64,000 nucleotides of DNA from Paracoccaceae bacterium (GCA_050633465.1 JBOEGO010000010.1:3674-67673); one strand, 5' to 3'; numbered from the stretch's first letter, positions 31,907 to 43,057 are shown. A program made the numbers and translations. Notes: generated by a model not told the origin, from the sequence alone.

Positions 31907-32073
31907 CTGCTGCCTGCTGCCTGCGCCCGTGTTTTGCCCTTTATAGCGCCGGATTTCCCCCTGCCCAGCAGGGTTTTTGCCTGCAATCCACTGGACCAAG
32001 TGCAGGTCATTGCCTATCACCCCAAGGCAAAGCCCCGAGAGGCACGCCCGAAACCACACCGAAAGAGCCGTAA

Positions 32074-34629
32074 ATGTCCTCCTCTTATACCCCGTCCGAG
32101 ATCGAAGCACGCTGGCAAGCCGCATGGGATAAGGCGGGCACATTCACCGCCACGCGAGAGGGCGACAAGCCGAAATATTACGTGCTGGAAATGTTCCCCT
32201 ATCCATCGGGGCGCATCCATATCGGGCATGTGCGCAACTATACCATGGGCGATGTGATCGCGCGCTATAAGCTGGCGACGGGGCATAATGTGTTGCACCC
32301 CATGGGGTTTGACGCATTCGGGATGCCCGCCGAAAACGCGGCCATGGCGATTGGCGGCCACCCCAAGGAATGGACCTATTCCAACATCGACACCATGGTC
32401 GCGCAGATGAAGCCGCTGGGGTTCGGGTTGGACTGGTCGCGCATGTTCGCCACCTGTGACCCTGAGTATTACGGCCAGCAGCAGGCCTTGTTTCTGGATT
32501 TCATGGAAAAGGGGCTGGTCTATCGCAAGAACGCGGTGGTGAACTGGGACCCTGTGGATATGACCGTGCTGGCCAATGAACAGGTCGAGGATGGCAAGGG
32601 CTGGCGTTCGGGTGCCGAGGTAGAGCGCCGCGAGCTGACGCAGTGGTTTTTCAAGATCTCGGATTATTCCGAAGAGTTGCTGGAGGCATTGGACGGGTTG
32701 GAGAACTGGCCCGCCAAGGTGCGGCTGATGCAGGAAAACTGGATCGGGAAATCGCGCGGTTTGCAGTTTTCGTTCAGCCTGATTGACGGGCCGCATGGCA
32801 CCGACCGGATCGAGGTATATACCACCCGCCCCGACACGCTTATGGGCGCGTCGTTTGTGGGGATTTCGCCCGATCATCCGCTGGCCAAGCAGATGGAGCG
32901 CGAGCGCGAGGATGTGGCCGCATTTTGCGCCGAGGCCCGCAAGGGCGGCACCACCGCCGAAGCGATCGAAAAGGCCGAGAAGCTGGGCTTTGACACCGGG
33001 CTGACCTGTCGCCATCCGTTTGATACGGCGCAGGAACTGCCGGTTTACATCGCCAATTTCATCCTGATGGATTACGGCACCGGTGCGATTTTCGGCTGCC
33101 CCGCGCATGACGAGCGTGACCATGAATTTGCCAGCAAATACGGGTTGCCGATCATTCCGGTTTTCGAGCCTGTTCAAGGGGATTACCCCGAGGGCAAAGC
33201 ATTTGTGCCCGCCAGAACCGAACCCGTGCGTTATGTGCGCGGGTTCGCCGGAGCCGAGGAACAGACCGGCGAACAGGGTGTCGATACCGCCGTTGATTTC
33301 TGCGAAGCCAATGGCGTGGGTCAGGGCGTGACCAAGTTTCGCCTGCGCGATTGGGGGCTGTCGCGCCAGCGGTATTGGGGTTGCCCGATCCCTGTGGTGC
33401 ATTGCGAGGCCTGCGGCGTGGTGCCCGAAAAGAAAGAGAACCTGCCCGTTGTGCTGCCCGATGATGTGACATTCGACATCCCCGGCAACCCGTTGGACCG
33501 TCACCCGACGTGGCGTGATTGCGCCTGCCCGTCCTGTGGCAAACCCGCCAAGCGTGAAACCGACACGATGGATACCTTTGTGGATTCCAGTTGGTATTTC
33601 GCACGTTTCACCGCGCCGCGTGCCGACACCCCCACCGATATGGCCGAGGCCGAATACTGGATGAATGTTGACCAATATATCGGCGGCATTGAACATGCGA
33701 TTTTGCATCTGCTGTATTCGCGCTTTTTCGCGCGTGCGATGCATATCACCGGCCACCTGCCGGAAAAATCCAAGGAGCCGTTCAACGCCTTGTTCACCCA
33801 AGGCATGGTGACCCATGCGATTTACCAGACCAGAGGCGCGGATGGCCGCCCCGTTTATCATTACCCCGAAACCGTCGATTTGCGCGATGGCAAGGGGTAT
33901 CTGGCAGACGGGAGCGAGGTGGAAATCATCCCCTCGGCCAAGATGTCGAAATCAAAGAACAATGTGGTTGATCCGGTGCAGATCATCGAAACCTACGGCG
34001 CGGATACGGCGCGTTGGTTTGTGCTGTCGGACAGCCCGCCCGAACGCGATGTGGAATGGACAGCCGCGGGCGCCGAGGCCGCGCATAAGCACCTGACCCG
34101 CGTCTATCGTATTGCGGCGGAAATTGCTGCGGGCGCGGATGGTGATGCCAAGCAGGACGAGGATTTGCTGCGCGCCACTCATAAGGCCATGCATGATGTG
34201 ACGGGTGGTGTTGAAAGTTTCGGGTTCAACGCATCCATTGCGAAACTATACGGGTTCACCAATACGCTGTCGAAATCCAAGGCATCGAATGCGGCCAAAC
34301 GTCAGGCGATGCTGGTGCTGGCGCAATTGATGTCGCCCATGACCCCGCATCTGGCCGAGGAAATCTGGGCCATGCTGGGCGGTGAGGGTCTGATTGCCAA
34401 TGCGCCCTGGCCACAGCCGGACGAGGCCATGCTGAAAGATGATACCGTGACCCTGCCCATTCAGGTCAACGGCAAACGCCGCGCGGAAATCAGCGTGCCT
34501 GCCGATATGGACAAGGCAGAGGTTGAAAAACTGGCGCTGGCACAAGAAGGTGTGATCAGGGCGCTGGACGGGGCACAGCCCAAGAAAATCATCGTCGTCC
34601 CCGGGCGGATCGTTAATGTTGTCATGTAA
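32074..34629 (+). CDS. leuS: leucine--tRNA ligase
   Basis: 851-aa ORF with class I HIGH (PSGRIHIGH) and KMSKS motifs. Confidence 0.98.
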   Translation: MSSSYTPSEIEARWQAAWDKAGTFTATREGDKPKYYVLEMFPYPSGRIHIGHVRNYTMGDVIARYKLATGHNVLHPMGFDAFGMPAENAAMAIGGHPKEWTYSNIDTMVAQMKPLGFGLDWSRMFATCDPEYYGQQQALFLDFMEKGLVYRKNAVVNWDPVDMTVLANEQVEDGKGWRSGAEVERRELTQWFFKISDYSEELLEALDGLENWPAKVRLMQENWIGKSRGLQFSFSLIDGPHGTDRIEVYTTRPDTLMGASFVGISPDHPLAKQMEREREDVAAFCAEARKGGTTAEAIEKAEKLGFDTGLTCRHPFDTAQELPVYIANFILMDYGTGAIFGCPAHDERDHEFASKYGLPIIPVFEPVQGDYPEGKAFVPARTEPVRYVRGFAGAEEQTGEQGVDTAVDFCEANGVGQGVTKFRLRDWGLSRQRYWGCPIPVVHCEACGVVPEKKENLPVVLPDDVTFDIPGNPLDRHPTWRDCACPSCGKPAKRETDTMDTFVDSSWYFARFTAPRADTPTDMAEAEYWMNVDQYIGGIEHAILHLLYSRFFARAMHITGHLPEKSKEPFNALFTQGMVTHAIYQTRGADGRPVYHYPETVDLRDGKGYLADGSEVEIIPSAKMSKSKNNVVDPVQIIETYGADTARWFVLSDSPPERDVEWTAAGAEAAHKHLTRVYRIAAEIAAGADGDAKQDEDLLRATHKAMHDVTGGVESFGFNASIAKLYGFTNTLSKSKASNAAKRQAMLVLAQLMSPMTPHLAEEIWAMLGGEGLIANAPWPQPDEAMLKDDTVTLPIQVNGKRRAEISVPADMDKAEVEKLALAQEGVIRALDGAQPKKIIVVPGRIVNVVM

Positions 34630-35104
34630 CAGACGGGTGTTTTTGCTGGGCGCGGCGGCGGTTGCGGGCTGCGGGTTTACGCCCGCCTATGGCCCGAACG
34701 GATCGGCGCGGGCATTGCAAGGGCAGGTGTTGGTGCAATCGCCCGACAGTTCCGACAGCTATCTGATGACCCGCCAGTTAGAGGACCGTTTGGGCCGCAG
34801 CAGCGCGCCGAAATACGGGCTGACCTATGCATTGGATTTCGTCGAGGAGGGCATGGCCATTTCATCGACCAATATCACCACGCGGTTCAATGTGGTGGGC
34901 AAGGCGACCTATGCCTTGGTCGATCTGGAAACCGAACAGGTGTTGACCAGCGGCGTGGTCAATTCGTTCACCGGATATTCGACCACGGGGTCCACCGTCG
35001 CGACGCTGGCCGCCGAACGCGATGCGCGTGAACGGCTGGCCGTCATTCTGGCCGATCAGGTGACCACGCGGTTGATCGCGTTCAGCCCCAAATTGCCCGC
35101 ATGA
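34616..35104 (+). CDS. lptE: LPS-assembly lipoprotein LptE
   Basis: Lipobox AVAGCG, about 160 aa, in the conserved position between leuS and holA. Confidence 0.75.
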   Translation: MLSCNRRVFLLGAAAVAGCGFTPAYGPNGSARALQGQVLVQSPDSSDSYLMTRQLEDRLGRSSAPKYGLTYALDFVEEGMAISSTNITTRFNVVGKATYALVDLETEQVLTSGVVNSFTGYSTTGSTVATLAAERDARERLAVILADQVTTRLIAFSPKLPA

Positions 35105-36129
35105 AACTGACGGGGCGCGATGCGGGGCGGTATTTTGCCAAGCCGGACCCGAACCGCACAGGGTTGTTGATTTTCGGGGCGGATGCGATGCGCGTGGCGT
35201 TGAAACGCCAAGAGGTGATCGCCGCCCTTATCGGCCCCGCAGGCGAGGAAGAAATGCGCCTGACCCGCATTCCCGCCGCCGATCTGCGCAAGGATGCGGC
35301 GGCATTGCTGGACGCGGTCAAGGCGATTTCGTTTTTCCCCGGCCCGCGCGCCGTGTTTGTAGAGGGTGCCACCGATGCCTTGACCGATACGATGAAAATC
35401 GCGCTGGCCGACTGGCAGGCGGGCGATGCGCAGATCATTGTGACAGCGGGCGGTTTGTCGGGCAAATCGCGGCTGAAAATGCTGTTTGAAAAGCACCCCA
35501 ATGCCTATTGTGCGGGCCTGTATGACGATCCGCCCACCCGCGAAGAGATCGAGGCAGAGCTGGCCCGCGCCGGGCTGCGCGATGTGGGGCGCCAGCAGAT
35601 GGACGACCTGACTGCGCTGTCGCGCGAGTTGGACCCCGGCGATTTCCGCCAGACGCTGGAAAAGCTGTCGCTGTATAAGCTGGAGGATGATGCGCCGCTG
35701 TCCTCGGCCGATATTCTGGCCTGCGCGCCGACATCAACCGAGGCGGATCTGGACGATGTGTTGAACATTGTCGCCGAAGGCAAAGACGGCGAAATCGGCC
35801 CCGTGATGGGGCGTTTGAAATCGCAGGGCACCAATGCCGTTAGTCTGTGCATCGGCGCGACACGGCATTTTCGCACGCTATATGCGGCGGCCTCGCATCC
35901 CGGTGGGGCGTCGCAGGGCATTGCCGCAATGCGCCCGCCCATATTCGGGGCGCGCCGCGACCGGATGCAACGTCAGGCGCAGGCATGGGGCGCGGCCAAA
36001 CTGGAAATCGCGCTGACATTGCTGACCGATACGGATTTGAAGCTGCGGTCGGCGGGGCGGACGGTGCCGGATATGGCATTGGTCGAACGCACCCTGATCC
36101 GCCTGTCGATGATGGGCAAACGGCGCTGA
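35101..36129 (+). CDS. holA: DNA polymerase III subunit delta
   Basis: 342-aa ORF following leuS-lptE (classic synteny). The start overlaps the lptE stop. Confidence 0.82.
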   Translation: MKLTGRDAGRYFAKPDPNRTGLLIFGADAMRVALKRQEVIAALIGPAGEEEMRLTRIPAADLRKDAAALLDAVKAISFFPGPRAVFVEGATDALTDTMKIALADWQAGDAQIIVTAGGLSGKSRLKMLFEKHPNAYCAGLYDDPPTREEIEAELARAGLRDVGRQQMDDLTALSRELDPGDFRQTLEKLSLYKLEDDAPLSSADILACAPTSTEADLDDVLNIVAEGKDGEIGPVMGRLKSQGTNAVSLCIGATRHFRTLYAAASHPGGASQGIAAMRPPIFGARRDRMQRQAQAWGAAKLEIALTLLTDTDLKLRSAGRTVPDMALVERTLIRLSMMGKRR

Positions 36130-36195
36130 CGCAACGGCACGGTCCTTTTTGCCTCTGCCCGTGGCATCAATGCCCAAAAGGGAGAGGACACCAAC

Positions 36196-36780
36196 ATGTA
36201 TGAAGTGATCGGAAACACCCAGAGCCGCGCGTTCCGTGTGATGTGGATGCTGGAGGAGTTGGGGCAGGAATACACCCTGACAGCCGTCAAACCCCATTCA
36301 GAGCAGGCGCGTGCCGCCAACCCGTCGGGCAAAATTCCGGCGCTGCGTGAAGGCGATGATGTGATCGTGGATTCGGCGGCCATTCTCACCTATCTGGCGG
36401 ATAAACACGGGGCGCTGACTTATCCCGCAGGCACGATTGAACGCGCGCGCCAGGATGCATTGACCCATACCATTCTGGATGAGATGGATAGTATATTATG
36501 GGCCGCCGCCCGCCACAAATTCATCCTGCCGGAGCAACGCCGCGTGCCAGAGGTGGCCGACAGCCTGAAATGGGAATTCGGCAATCACGCGGCGCGGTTC
36601 GGTGATTGTATCAAGGGTGAGTTCCTGATGGGAGACCGCATGACGGTGCCCGATATTCTGGCCACCCATTGTTTGAACTGGGCGGGCGCTGCGAAATTCC
36701 CGATCGAGGATACCCGCCTGCTGGATTACGCCAAAAGGATGCGCGGGCGTGATGCGTTCAAGCGTGCGGCGGCGCGGTAG
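36196..36780 (+). CDS. glutathione S-transferase family protein
   Basis: 194-aa ORF. GST N-domain (GKIPAL..DS.AI..YL) and C-domain. GGAGAGGA SD. Confidence 0.85.
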   Translation: MYEVIGNTQSRAFRVMWMLEELGQEYTLTAVKPHSEQARAANPSGKIPALREGDDVIVDSAAILTYLADKHGALTYPAGTIERARQDALTHTILDEMDSILWAAARHKFILPEQRRVPEVADSLKWEFGNHAARFGDCIKGEFLMGDRMTVPDILATHCLNWAGAAKFPIEDTRLLDYAKRMRGRDAFKRAAAR

Positions 36781-36879
36781 ACCTTCTTTGTTCTGATAAA
36801 AGCTCGGGCCGGAGGTTTGTTTTGTTGGCACAGGTGCCTTCGGCGAGAGTATTTTTACCAAGAAAAAGTCAGGCCGGGC

Positions 36880-38055
36880 CTATTTCGGTTGCCAGCGGGC
36901 GGCATGTTGTCCGGCCCATAGCCCTGTGGCCATGCAGGCGGTCAGCAGGTAACCGCCGGTGGGCGCGTCCCAATCCAGCATTTCACCGGCGGCAAATGTG
37001 CCGGGGCGGGATTTCAGCATCAGGTTTTGATCAAGCGCGTCAAGGGACAGGCCACCGGCGGTGGATATGGATTCGTCCATCGGGCGGGGGCCGTTGTGGG
37101 GAACGGGCAGGTGTTTGATCACGGGGGCCAGATCATCGGGCAGCGGGCGGGCGCATTCCATCAGCAGGGCCAGTTTCACCGGATCAAGGCGCAGGGTTTT
37201 GCGCAGGTGGTTGGCGATGGTGGTTTTGCCCTTTGGGCGCGACAGCCGTTGGCGGATGCTATCAAGCGGTTGATCGGGCAGCAGGTCGATGTGCAATGGT
37301 GCGCCGCGGCGCAGGGCCGGGGTCAGGGGGTAGATGCCGCCGCCTTCGATCCCGTTGGATGACAGGGTGATTTCCCCGCGTGAGGTCATATCGCCCGCAG
37401 TGAGGGCGATGTTTTTCAGCGGTTGGCCCATGTGGCGGGTCATATGGGTGGACCATGTGACGGACAGTGCCGCGTTTGATGGTTCAAAAGGTGTTGTTTC
37501 GGCGTTGATCCAGCTGGCCCATGCGCCGTCTGATCCAAGGCGCGCCCAACTGGCCCCGCCACAGGCCAGAACGGTGACGCGCGGGTGCAGAATGACGGTG
37601 CCATCGGGTGTTGCCATCTGGCACCCGCCTTGTGCCCAGCCGGTCCAGCGGCTGCGGGTTTGCAGGGTCACACCCTTAGCCGCCAGTCGCGCCAGCCATG
37701 CGCGCAGCAGCGGCGAGGCCTTCATGGATTTGGGAAACACGCGCCCCGTTGATCCGGTGAACAGCTCTTGCCCCAGCCCCTGTGCCCATGCCTGAATTTC
37801 AGCGGGGCCAAAGGCGGTGAGCATGGGGGTAAGCGGCAGGGCGGCATTGCCGTAGTGGGCCAGAAAGGCATTGAGAGGTTCGGATTTCGTGAGGTTCAGG
37901 CCGGATTTGCCTGCCATCAACAGTTTGCGCGCGGGGGAGGGTTTGGCATCAACCACCAGCACGCTGCGGCCTGCATCTGCCAGTGCCTCGGCTGCCATAA
38001 GGCCAGCGGGGCCAGCGCCGATCACCACTGCGTCAAGGTCGGGGGTATCTGTCAC
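36880..38055 (-). CDS. NAD(P)/FAD-dependent oxidoreductase (HI0933/BaiN-like flavoprotein)
   Basis: N-terminal dinucleotide fold VIGAGPAGLMAAE. About 390 aa, HI0933-like family. Confidence 0.8.
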   Translation of the reverse strand: MTDTPDLDAVVIGAGPAGLMAAEALADAGRSVLVVDAKPSPARKLLMAGKSGLNLTKSEPLNAFLAHYGNAALPLTPMLTAFGPAEIQAWAQGLGQELFTGSTGRVFPKSMKASPLLRAWLARLAAKGVTLQTRSRWTGWAQGGCQMATPDGTVILHPRVTVLACGGASWARLGSDGAWASWINAETTPFEPSNAALSVTWSTHMTRHMGQPLKNIALTAGDMTSRGEITLSSNGIEGGGIYPLTPALRRGAPLHIDLLPDQPLDSIRQRLSRPKGKTTIANHLRKTLRLDPVKLALLMECARPLPDDLAPVIKHLPVPHNGPRPMDESISTAGGLSLDALDQNLMLKSRPGTFAAGEMLDWDAPTGGYLLTACMATGLWAGQHAARWQPK

Positions 38056-39383
38056 GGGCGGGTGTCGCCTTTGATTTCGATGACGCGATGGGGGTACGGG
38101 ATTTCGATCCCGTTATCCTTGAGCGCGTTCCAGATCACCATCATCACCTTGGGCGTATATTTGTTGCGCCCGTCATCCAGCCCGTTGACCCAGAATTCGA
38201 CCGCGAAATCGACGCCGCTGTCGCCGAATGCGCGCAATTCGCAATCCGGCCCGTCGGGGGCTGTCAGCACGAAATCGAGTTTCGCCACGGCGGTTTCGAT
38301 GATGTCTGGGACGCGGTTAATATCGGTGTCGTAGGACACGGAAAACGGTGCCTCGTAGCGGTTGGCCGAGCCTTGGTCGGAGTAGTTCACCACGCGGGTG
38401 GTGATGAAATGTTCGTTCGGGACCACGATCCAGCGGCCATCGAATGTTTCCAGTATCGCAGCGCGAGAGGTCATTTTGACGATTGTGCCTGCCTCTCCGC
38501 CGTCAAGTTCGACGTAATCGCCGACGGTTGTTTGCCCTTCGAGAAGCAGGATGATGCCGGAGATAAAGTTGGCCGCGATTTGTTGCAGGCCCAGCCCGAT
38601 GCCAACGCCCAGCGCACCACCCAGCACGGCGATGGCTGTCAGATCAATACCCATGATCGACATCAGCAGCACGAATGCGGTGCCGAAAATCACCACCTGT
38701 GCGGCCTTGATCGCCAGTTCGCGGGTGGCGGGGCGCAGTTCGTCCTGTTGTTTGATATAGCCTTCGGATTGGGAATTTGACCAGCGCCCGACCCAGAACA
38801 GCAGCGCGCCCGAGATCAGACCGCGGATCAGGGACATGACCGAAAACGTGATATTGCCCAGCGCGATCTGGATTTCCGACAGTTTGGCGGTGATCGGGTC
38901 CAGCAGGCCGAACAGATACAGCGCCATGGTGGGGATCAGCACATAGCGGCCCAGCAGGCGCAGGAACGGGTCCTGCACCACTTCGCGCACGAAAATCCGC
39001 GCCGCGATGAACAGGAACAGGCGTTTGCCAAAGGCGATGACCGCGCCAGAGCCGAACAACGAGCGGGTTACGCCTTCGCCGATGCCGGTCAGCACATAGG
39101 CCAGCAGCGGCAGCACCAGCGGCAGGAACCGCAGCACGAACCGCATCGCGGTGGCGAAGATGCCGTTGTTGCCATCCTTGGGGGTCAGCACCCGTGACAG
39201 CAGCGGGCGAAGCCGGCGCGCAACCAGCACGGCGACCAGCCATGCCACCACCAGAAGGGCGAATTGCGACCATGCTGCGGGGCTAAGCAGCCATTCGCGA
39301 GCGACTTCCCAGCCCTGGGTGGCATAGCCCAGCGCCTTGGTCACGATTTCGGGTTGTCCATCCATCTGGTTCGCCTTGCGCAT
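38052..39383 (-). CDS. mechanosensitive ion channel family protein (MscS-like)
   Basis: Multi-TM N-terminus plus the MscS beta-domain region (GDYVELDG..GTIVKM). The stop overlaps the next gene's start. Confidence 0.85.
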   Translation of the reverse strand: MRKANQMDGQPEIVTKALGYATQGWEVAREWLLSPAAWSQFALLVVAWLVAVLVARRLRPLLSRVLTPKDGNNGIFATAMRFVLRFLPLVLPLLAYVLTGIGEGVTRSLFGSGAVIAFGKRLFLFIAARIFVREVVQDPFLRLLGRYVLIPTMALYLFGLLDPITAKLSEIQIALGNITFSVMSLIRGLISGALLFWVGRWSNSQSEGYIKQQDELRPATRELAIKAAQVVIFGTAFVLLMSIMGIDLTAIAVLGGALGVGIGLGLQQIAANFISGIILLLEGQTTVGDYVELDGGEAGTIVKMTSRAAILETFDGRWIVVPNEHFITTRVVNYSDQGSANRYEAPFSVSYDTDINRVPDIIETAVAKLDFVLTAPDGPDCELRAFGDSGVDFAVEFWVNGLDDGRNKYTPKVMMVIWNALKDNGIEIPYPHRVIEIKGDTRP

Positions 39384-39440
39384 GGTTGATTGGCTTGTTG
39401 ATGCCCTTGGCGCGGTTCGGTTTCAAGGGAAACCGCGTGT

Positions 39441-39860
39441 TTATGCCCTGTGATAGGTCAGGGCCATGGTGATCAGGGGGCGGATTTGGGCGTCAAGCGG
39501 CAGGTTCCCCGATTGCAGGATCAGGGCGCGGTTGCCATCAAAGGTGAACGAGGGCGGGCAGAGCGCCTGAAACTCCGACATGATCGTGGTTTGGCAATGG
39601 GTGAAAATGGCGACATCCCCCAGATGTGCCAGCGATTTTTTAGGGCTGCCAAGGCGGATGGTTGATCCGGTTCGGGGTGTTGTCAGATAGGCGGGTTGGC
39701 CCCATTTCAGGGTTTCATTGATCTGCCCCGCCGCTGTGGTTTCGGCGGCGGTGGCATAGATCAGGGCGCGCAGGTGCAGCAGCGCCAGCGCAGTATCTGG
39801 CGGATAGGCGGCAAAGGCGCTGCGCAGGCTGTCATCGGGGAAATCGGGGGGTGTCATCAT
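39441..39860 (-). CDS. DUF1801 domain-containing protein
   Basis: 139-aa ORF. The ETLKWGQPAY signature resembles the YdhG/DUF1801 family. Confidence 0.65.
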   Translation of the reverse strand: MMTPPDFPDDSLRSAFAAYPPDTALALLHLRALIYATAAETTAAGQINETLKWGQPAYLTTPRTGSTIRLGSPKKSLAHLGDVAIFTHCQTTIMSEFQALCPPSFTFDGNRALILQSGNLPLDAQIRPLITMALTYHRA

Positions 39861-39915
39861 GCCTTTCCTTGCCAGAGTGCCTTTCCTTGCCAGATTACCT
39901 TTCCTTGCCGGACTA
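39861..39915. repeat. 3 x 18-19 nt tandem repeat filling the intergenic spacer
   Basis: GCCTTTCCTTGCCAGAGT / GCCTTTCCTTGCCAGATTA / CCTTTCCTTGCCGGACTA, read directly from the sequence. Confidence 0.9.
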
Positions 39916-40521
39916 TTTGCACATCATTTTGATGCCAGCCGCGATGTCGGGTTTTGCCGCCAGCGTATCGGTGCAGATGCTGCGGGCCGCATCCAGCAGG
40001 CTGTCGCGATCTATCACCCTGTCGATCAGGCCGAATGACAATGCCTCGGGCGTTTCGACCTTTTGCCCGCCCATCAGGATCAGTTTGGCACGGGCCGGAC
40101 CGATCAGCGCGGCCATGCGCCCCGGATCAGAGGGTTGCGGCAGGTAGCCCAGTTTCATCACCGGATAAAAGAATTTTGCCCCGTCCACCGCCAGCCGGAT
40201 GTCACAGGCCAGCGCCATGCCCATGGCCCCGCCAGCCAGCGTGCCATTCAGCGCACAGATGGTCAGCGCGGGCAGCGCGGCGATGGCGGATGACAGGCGT
40301 TCCCACAGGGGTGAGGTGGCCAGCCCTGCGCGGGCTTCGTCCAGATCGGCACCGGCCGAGAACACCTTGCCCGTGCCGGTCAGGATCAGGGCGCGGGCGT
40401 CATGGGCGGATTCCATGATGTCGCACAGGCGTTCCAGCATGACGGCGGTCAGGGAGTTCGCCTTGTCCGGCCGGTTGATGGTGACGATCCATAGCCCGCC
40501 ATCTTTTTCCAGATCAATCAT
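39913..40521 (-). CDS. enoyl-CoA hydratase/isomerase family protein
   Basis: 202-aa ORF with crotonase-fold motifs (FSAGADL, ALNG.LAGGAMGMALACD). Confidence 0.85.
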   Translation of the reverse strand: MIDLEKDGGLWIVTINRPDKANSLTAVMLERLCDIMESAHDARALILTGTGKVFSAGADLDEARAGLATSPLWERLSSAIAALPALTICALNGTLAGGAMGMALACDIRLAVDGAKFFYPVMKLGYLPQPSDPGRMAALIGPARAKLILMGGQKVETPEALSFGLIDRVIDRDSLLDAARSICTDTLAAKPDIAAGIKMMCK

Positions 40522-41264
40522 ATCAGCCCCACCTGTTTGCGGATATTTTCATCGCGCAGGGACACATCGGCCCCCAGATGCGCGTCGGCCTGTGCGCTGC
40601 ACATCCACAGCAGGGTGCGGGCGGGCCATTCGGGGGGAATGTGGTCTTCCCATTCCAGATCGGACACGGGGTTGATGCCGCTGGATTTGATATCGCGCTG
40701 CATCTGGGTGGCCACGGTGCCCGGCGACAGGCCCAGCACGCGAATGCCATCATTGCCAACCTCGGCCTGGGCGGCGCGAGTCATCATCAGCGCCCCCGCC
40801 TTGGAGGAGCAATAGCTGCTCCAGCCCTCTAGCGGGCCATAGGCCGCGCCGGATGACGTGGTGATGATGGTGCCGCCGCCCTGACGTTTCATCACCGGAA
40901 TGGCGGCGCGCATACCGTGGAACACGCCCTTGAGGTTGACATCAATCGCCGTGCCCCATGCATCGGGATCGGCGGTTTCGATGCGCGATATCGGGTCAAT
41001 CACCCCCGCGTTGCCGATCAGCACATCCAAGCCGCCGAAACGGGCGACGGTGGCATCCACCGCATCGCTGACATCGGACCAGCGCGACACATCCGCCGCA
41101 ATCGCCAGCCCGCCGATTTCATCGGCAATGGCGGTGATCCGGTCGGCAGAGCGCGCCAAAAGCACCACATTTGCCCCCGCATCGGCGAAAAGCCGCGCGG
41201 TTGCTTCGCCAATGCCGCGACTTGCGCCGGTGATCAGCACTGTTTTGCCTTTGATATCTGTCAT
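40518..41264 (-). CDS. SDR family oxidoreductase
   Basis: TGASRGIG cofactor motif, NAG, and catalytic YxxxK (YCSSK). Confidence 0.9.
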   Translation of the reverse strand: MTDIKGKTVLITGASRGIGEATARLFADAGANVVLLARSADRITAIADEIGGLAIAADVSRWSDVSDAVDATVARFGGLDVLIGNAGVIDPISRIETADPDAWGTAIDVNLKGVFHGMRAAIPVMKRQGGGTIITTSSGAAYGPLEGWSSYCSSKAGALMMTRAAQAEVGNDGIRVLGLSPGTVATQMQRDIKSSGINPVSDLEWEDHIPPEWPARTLLWMCSAQADAHLGADVSLRDENIRKQVGLI

Positions 41265-41388
41265 GTCTTCCTCCTGTCGTTGTGCCTGTGGTAAACTGCC
41301 GATAACGGCTGGTCCAGCGGTTCGCCCCTTGACCCTAGCCGCCCCAAGACCGACATTGAGTTAATACGATTTCCTAGAAAGGCCCATT

Positions 41389-42924
41389 ATGACCCATTTC
41401 AAGACGCTTTGCGGGACCACCGCAATCGTAACTGCCCTGTCCGCCACCACCGCGTTTGCCGATGTGACCGCCGCCGAAGTCTGGGGTGACTGGAAGGAAT
41501 ACATGACCAATTTCGGTTATGAAATCAGCGCAACCGAGAATATGTCGGGCAAGACCCTGACCGTTTCGGACATTGTGATGACCGTTGAAATTCCCGACAC
41601 GGATCAGGACATCGGGTTCAACATGGGCACGGTGACATTTACAGAAACCGGCGATGGATCAGTCAGCGTGACCCTGCCGGAATCCATGCCGATGAACATG
41701 GATTTCGAAGCCGCCCCCGGAGAGAACATTTCATTGGAGGCCGCAATCACGCAAAGCGGTTTCAACATGATCGTATCGGGCGAATCCGGCGATATGAATT
41801 ACATCTATGGTGCGGCCAGCATCGGCATGAACATCAGCAAATTCGAAGTGACCGGCGTCAAGGGCGATGCGCCCACGGTCAACAATGTGTCATTCGCCAT
41901 GAACGATGTATCCGGCAGCACACATGCCACGATGAAAGACGGGATGCGGTCATACGACCAGGCCACGAAATCATCGGGCATGGTGTTTAACATTGATGTC
42001 GCGGGCCCGGAATCGGACCCCGGCGTATTGAAGATGAAGGGCACCATTGCCGATATCGTCGCCAATGGCGTGGTTTCGATGCCCGACGGGATCAAGGGGC
42101 AGTTCGCCACCAATATGTCCGCCGCAATCGAGGCCGGTTTCGCCATGAAAGGCGGATACACCTTTGGCGCGGGTCAAAGCACGTTCAACTTTGCCGCTGA
42201 TGAGGGCGTGATTGACGGAACGTCCAGTTCTGAAGGTGGCACGCTGGATGTGGCCATGTCCGCCGCCGAGGGTTTGGTTTACGGCGGCACATCCAACGGC
42301 CTGAAGGCCAACGTGACGGTGCCGCAACTGCCGATGCCGATTGATTTCACCATGGCCGAAAGCGGTTTCAAACTGGCCATGCCGATCACCGCCGGCGAGG
42401 AACTGAAAGATTTCGGTCTGGGCATCCGGATGATTGATTTCTCCGTCCCCGATATTGCCTATGCGATGATCGACCCCATGGGCCAGTTGCCGCGTGACCC
42501 TGTCACCATCGACATCGACCTGTCGGGCAAGGCCAAGATGTTTGCCAGCCTGATGGATCAGAAAGCCATGGCCTCCGGCGATGCACCCGGTGAGGTTCAC
42601 GCCGCCACCATCAACACCCTGAACCTGAAGGTTGCCGGTGCCGAGCTGAACGGATCGGGCGATTTCACCTTTGATAATTCGGACAAGACCACTTTCCCCG
42701 GTATGCCCGCGCCCGAGGGCGCGCTGGACCTGAAACTGGCCGGTGCCAACGGGTTGATGGACAAGCTGGTCGCGATTGGCATTTTGCCCGAACAGCAGGC
42801 GATGAGCGTGCGCATGATGATGGGCCTGTTCGCGGTTGCGGGTGAGGAGCCTGATACGCTGACCTCGAAAATCGAGGTAACAGGGGACGGGCAAGTGCTG
42901 GCCAATGGTCAACGCCTGAAGTGA
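41389..42924 (+). CDS. DUF2125 domain-containing secreted protein
   Basis: 511-aa ORF with a signal peptide (TAFA-DV). Family call from memory of Rhodobacterales annotations. Confidence 0.6.
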   Translation: MTHFKTLCGTTAIVTALSATTAFADVTAAEVWGDWKEYMTNFGYEISATENMSGKTLTVSDIVMTVEIPDTDQDIGFNMGTVTFTETGDGSVSVTLPESMPMNMDFEAAPGENISLEAAITQSGFNMIVSGESGDMNYIYGAASIGMNISKFEVTGVKGDAPTVNNVSFAMNDVSGSTHATMKDGMRSYDQATKSSGMVFNIDVAGPESDPGVLKMKGTIADIVANGVVSMPDGIKGQFATNMSAAIEAGFAMKGGYTFGAGQSTFNFAADEGVIDGTSSSEGGTLDVAMSAAEGLVYGGTSNGLKANVTVPQLPMPIDFTMAESGFKLAMPITAGEELKDFGLGIRMIDFSVPDIAYAMIDPMGQLPRDPVTIDIDLSGKAKMFASLMDQKAMASGDAPGEVHAATINTLNLKVAGAELNGSGDFTFDNSDKTTFPGMPAPEGALDLKLAGANGLMDKLVAIGILPEQQAMSVRMMMGLFAVAGEEPDTLTSKIEVTGDGQVLANGQRLK

Positions 42925-43057
42925 TCCTTTAACCGGTCATGTGATACCACGCCGCGCAGGGGCTTCACCCTTGCGCGGCGTTTTCATTTGGCGGGCGGGC
43001 CTTGCCACTTGGTTTGGGAGGCTCTACCTCCGGTTTCTGGAAAAAGGGAGAGCGGGC

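Noticed and set aside
32017-33861. A 614-aa minus-strand ORF inside leuS.
   Set aside because: It is an antisense shadow of leuS with no recognisable motifs.
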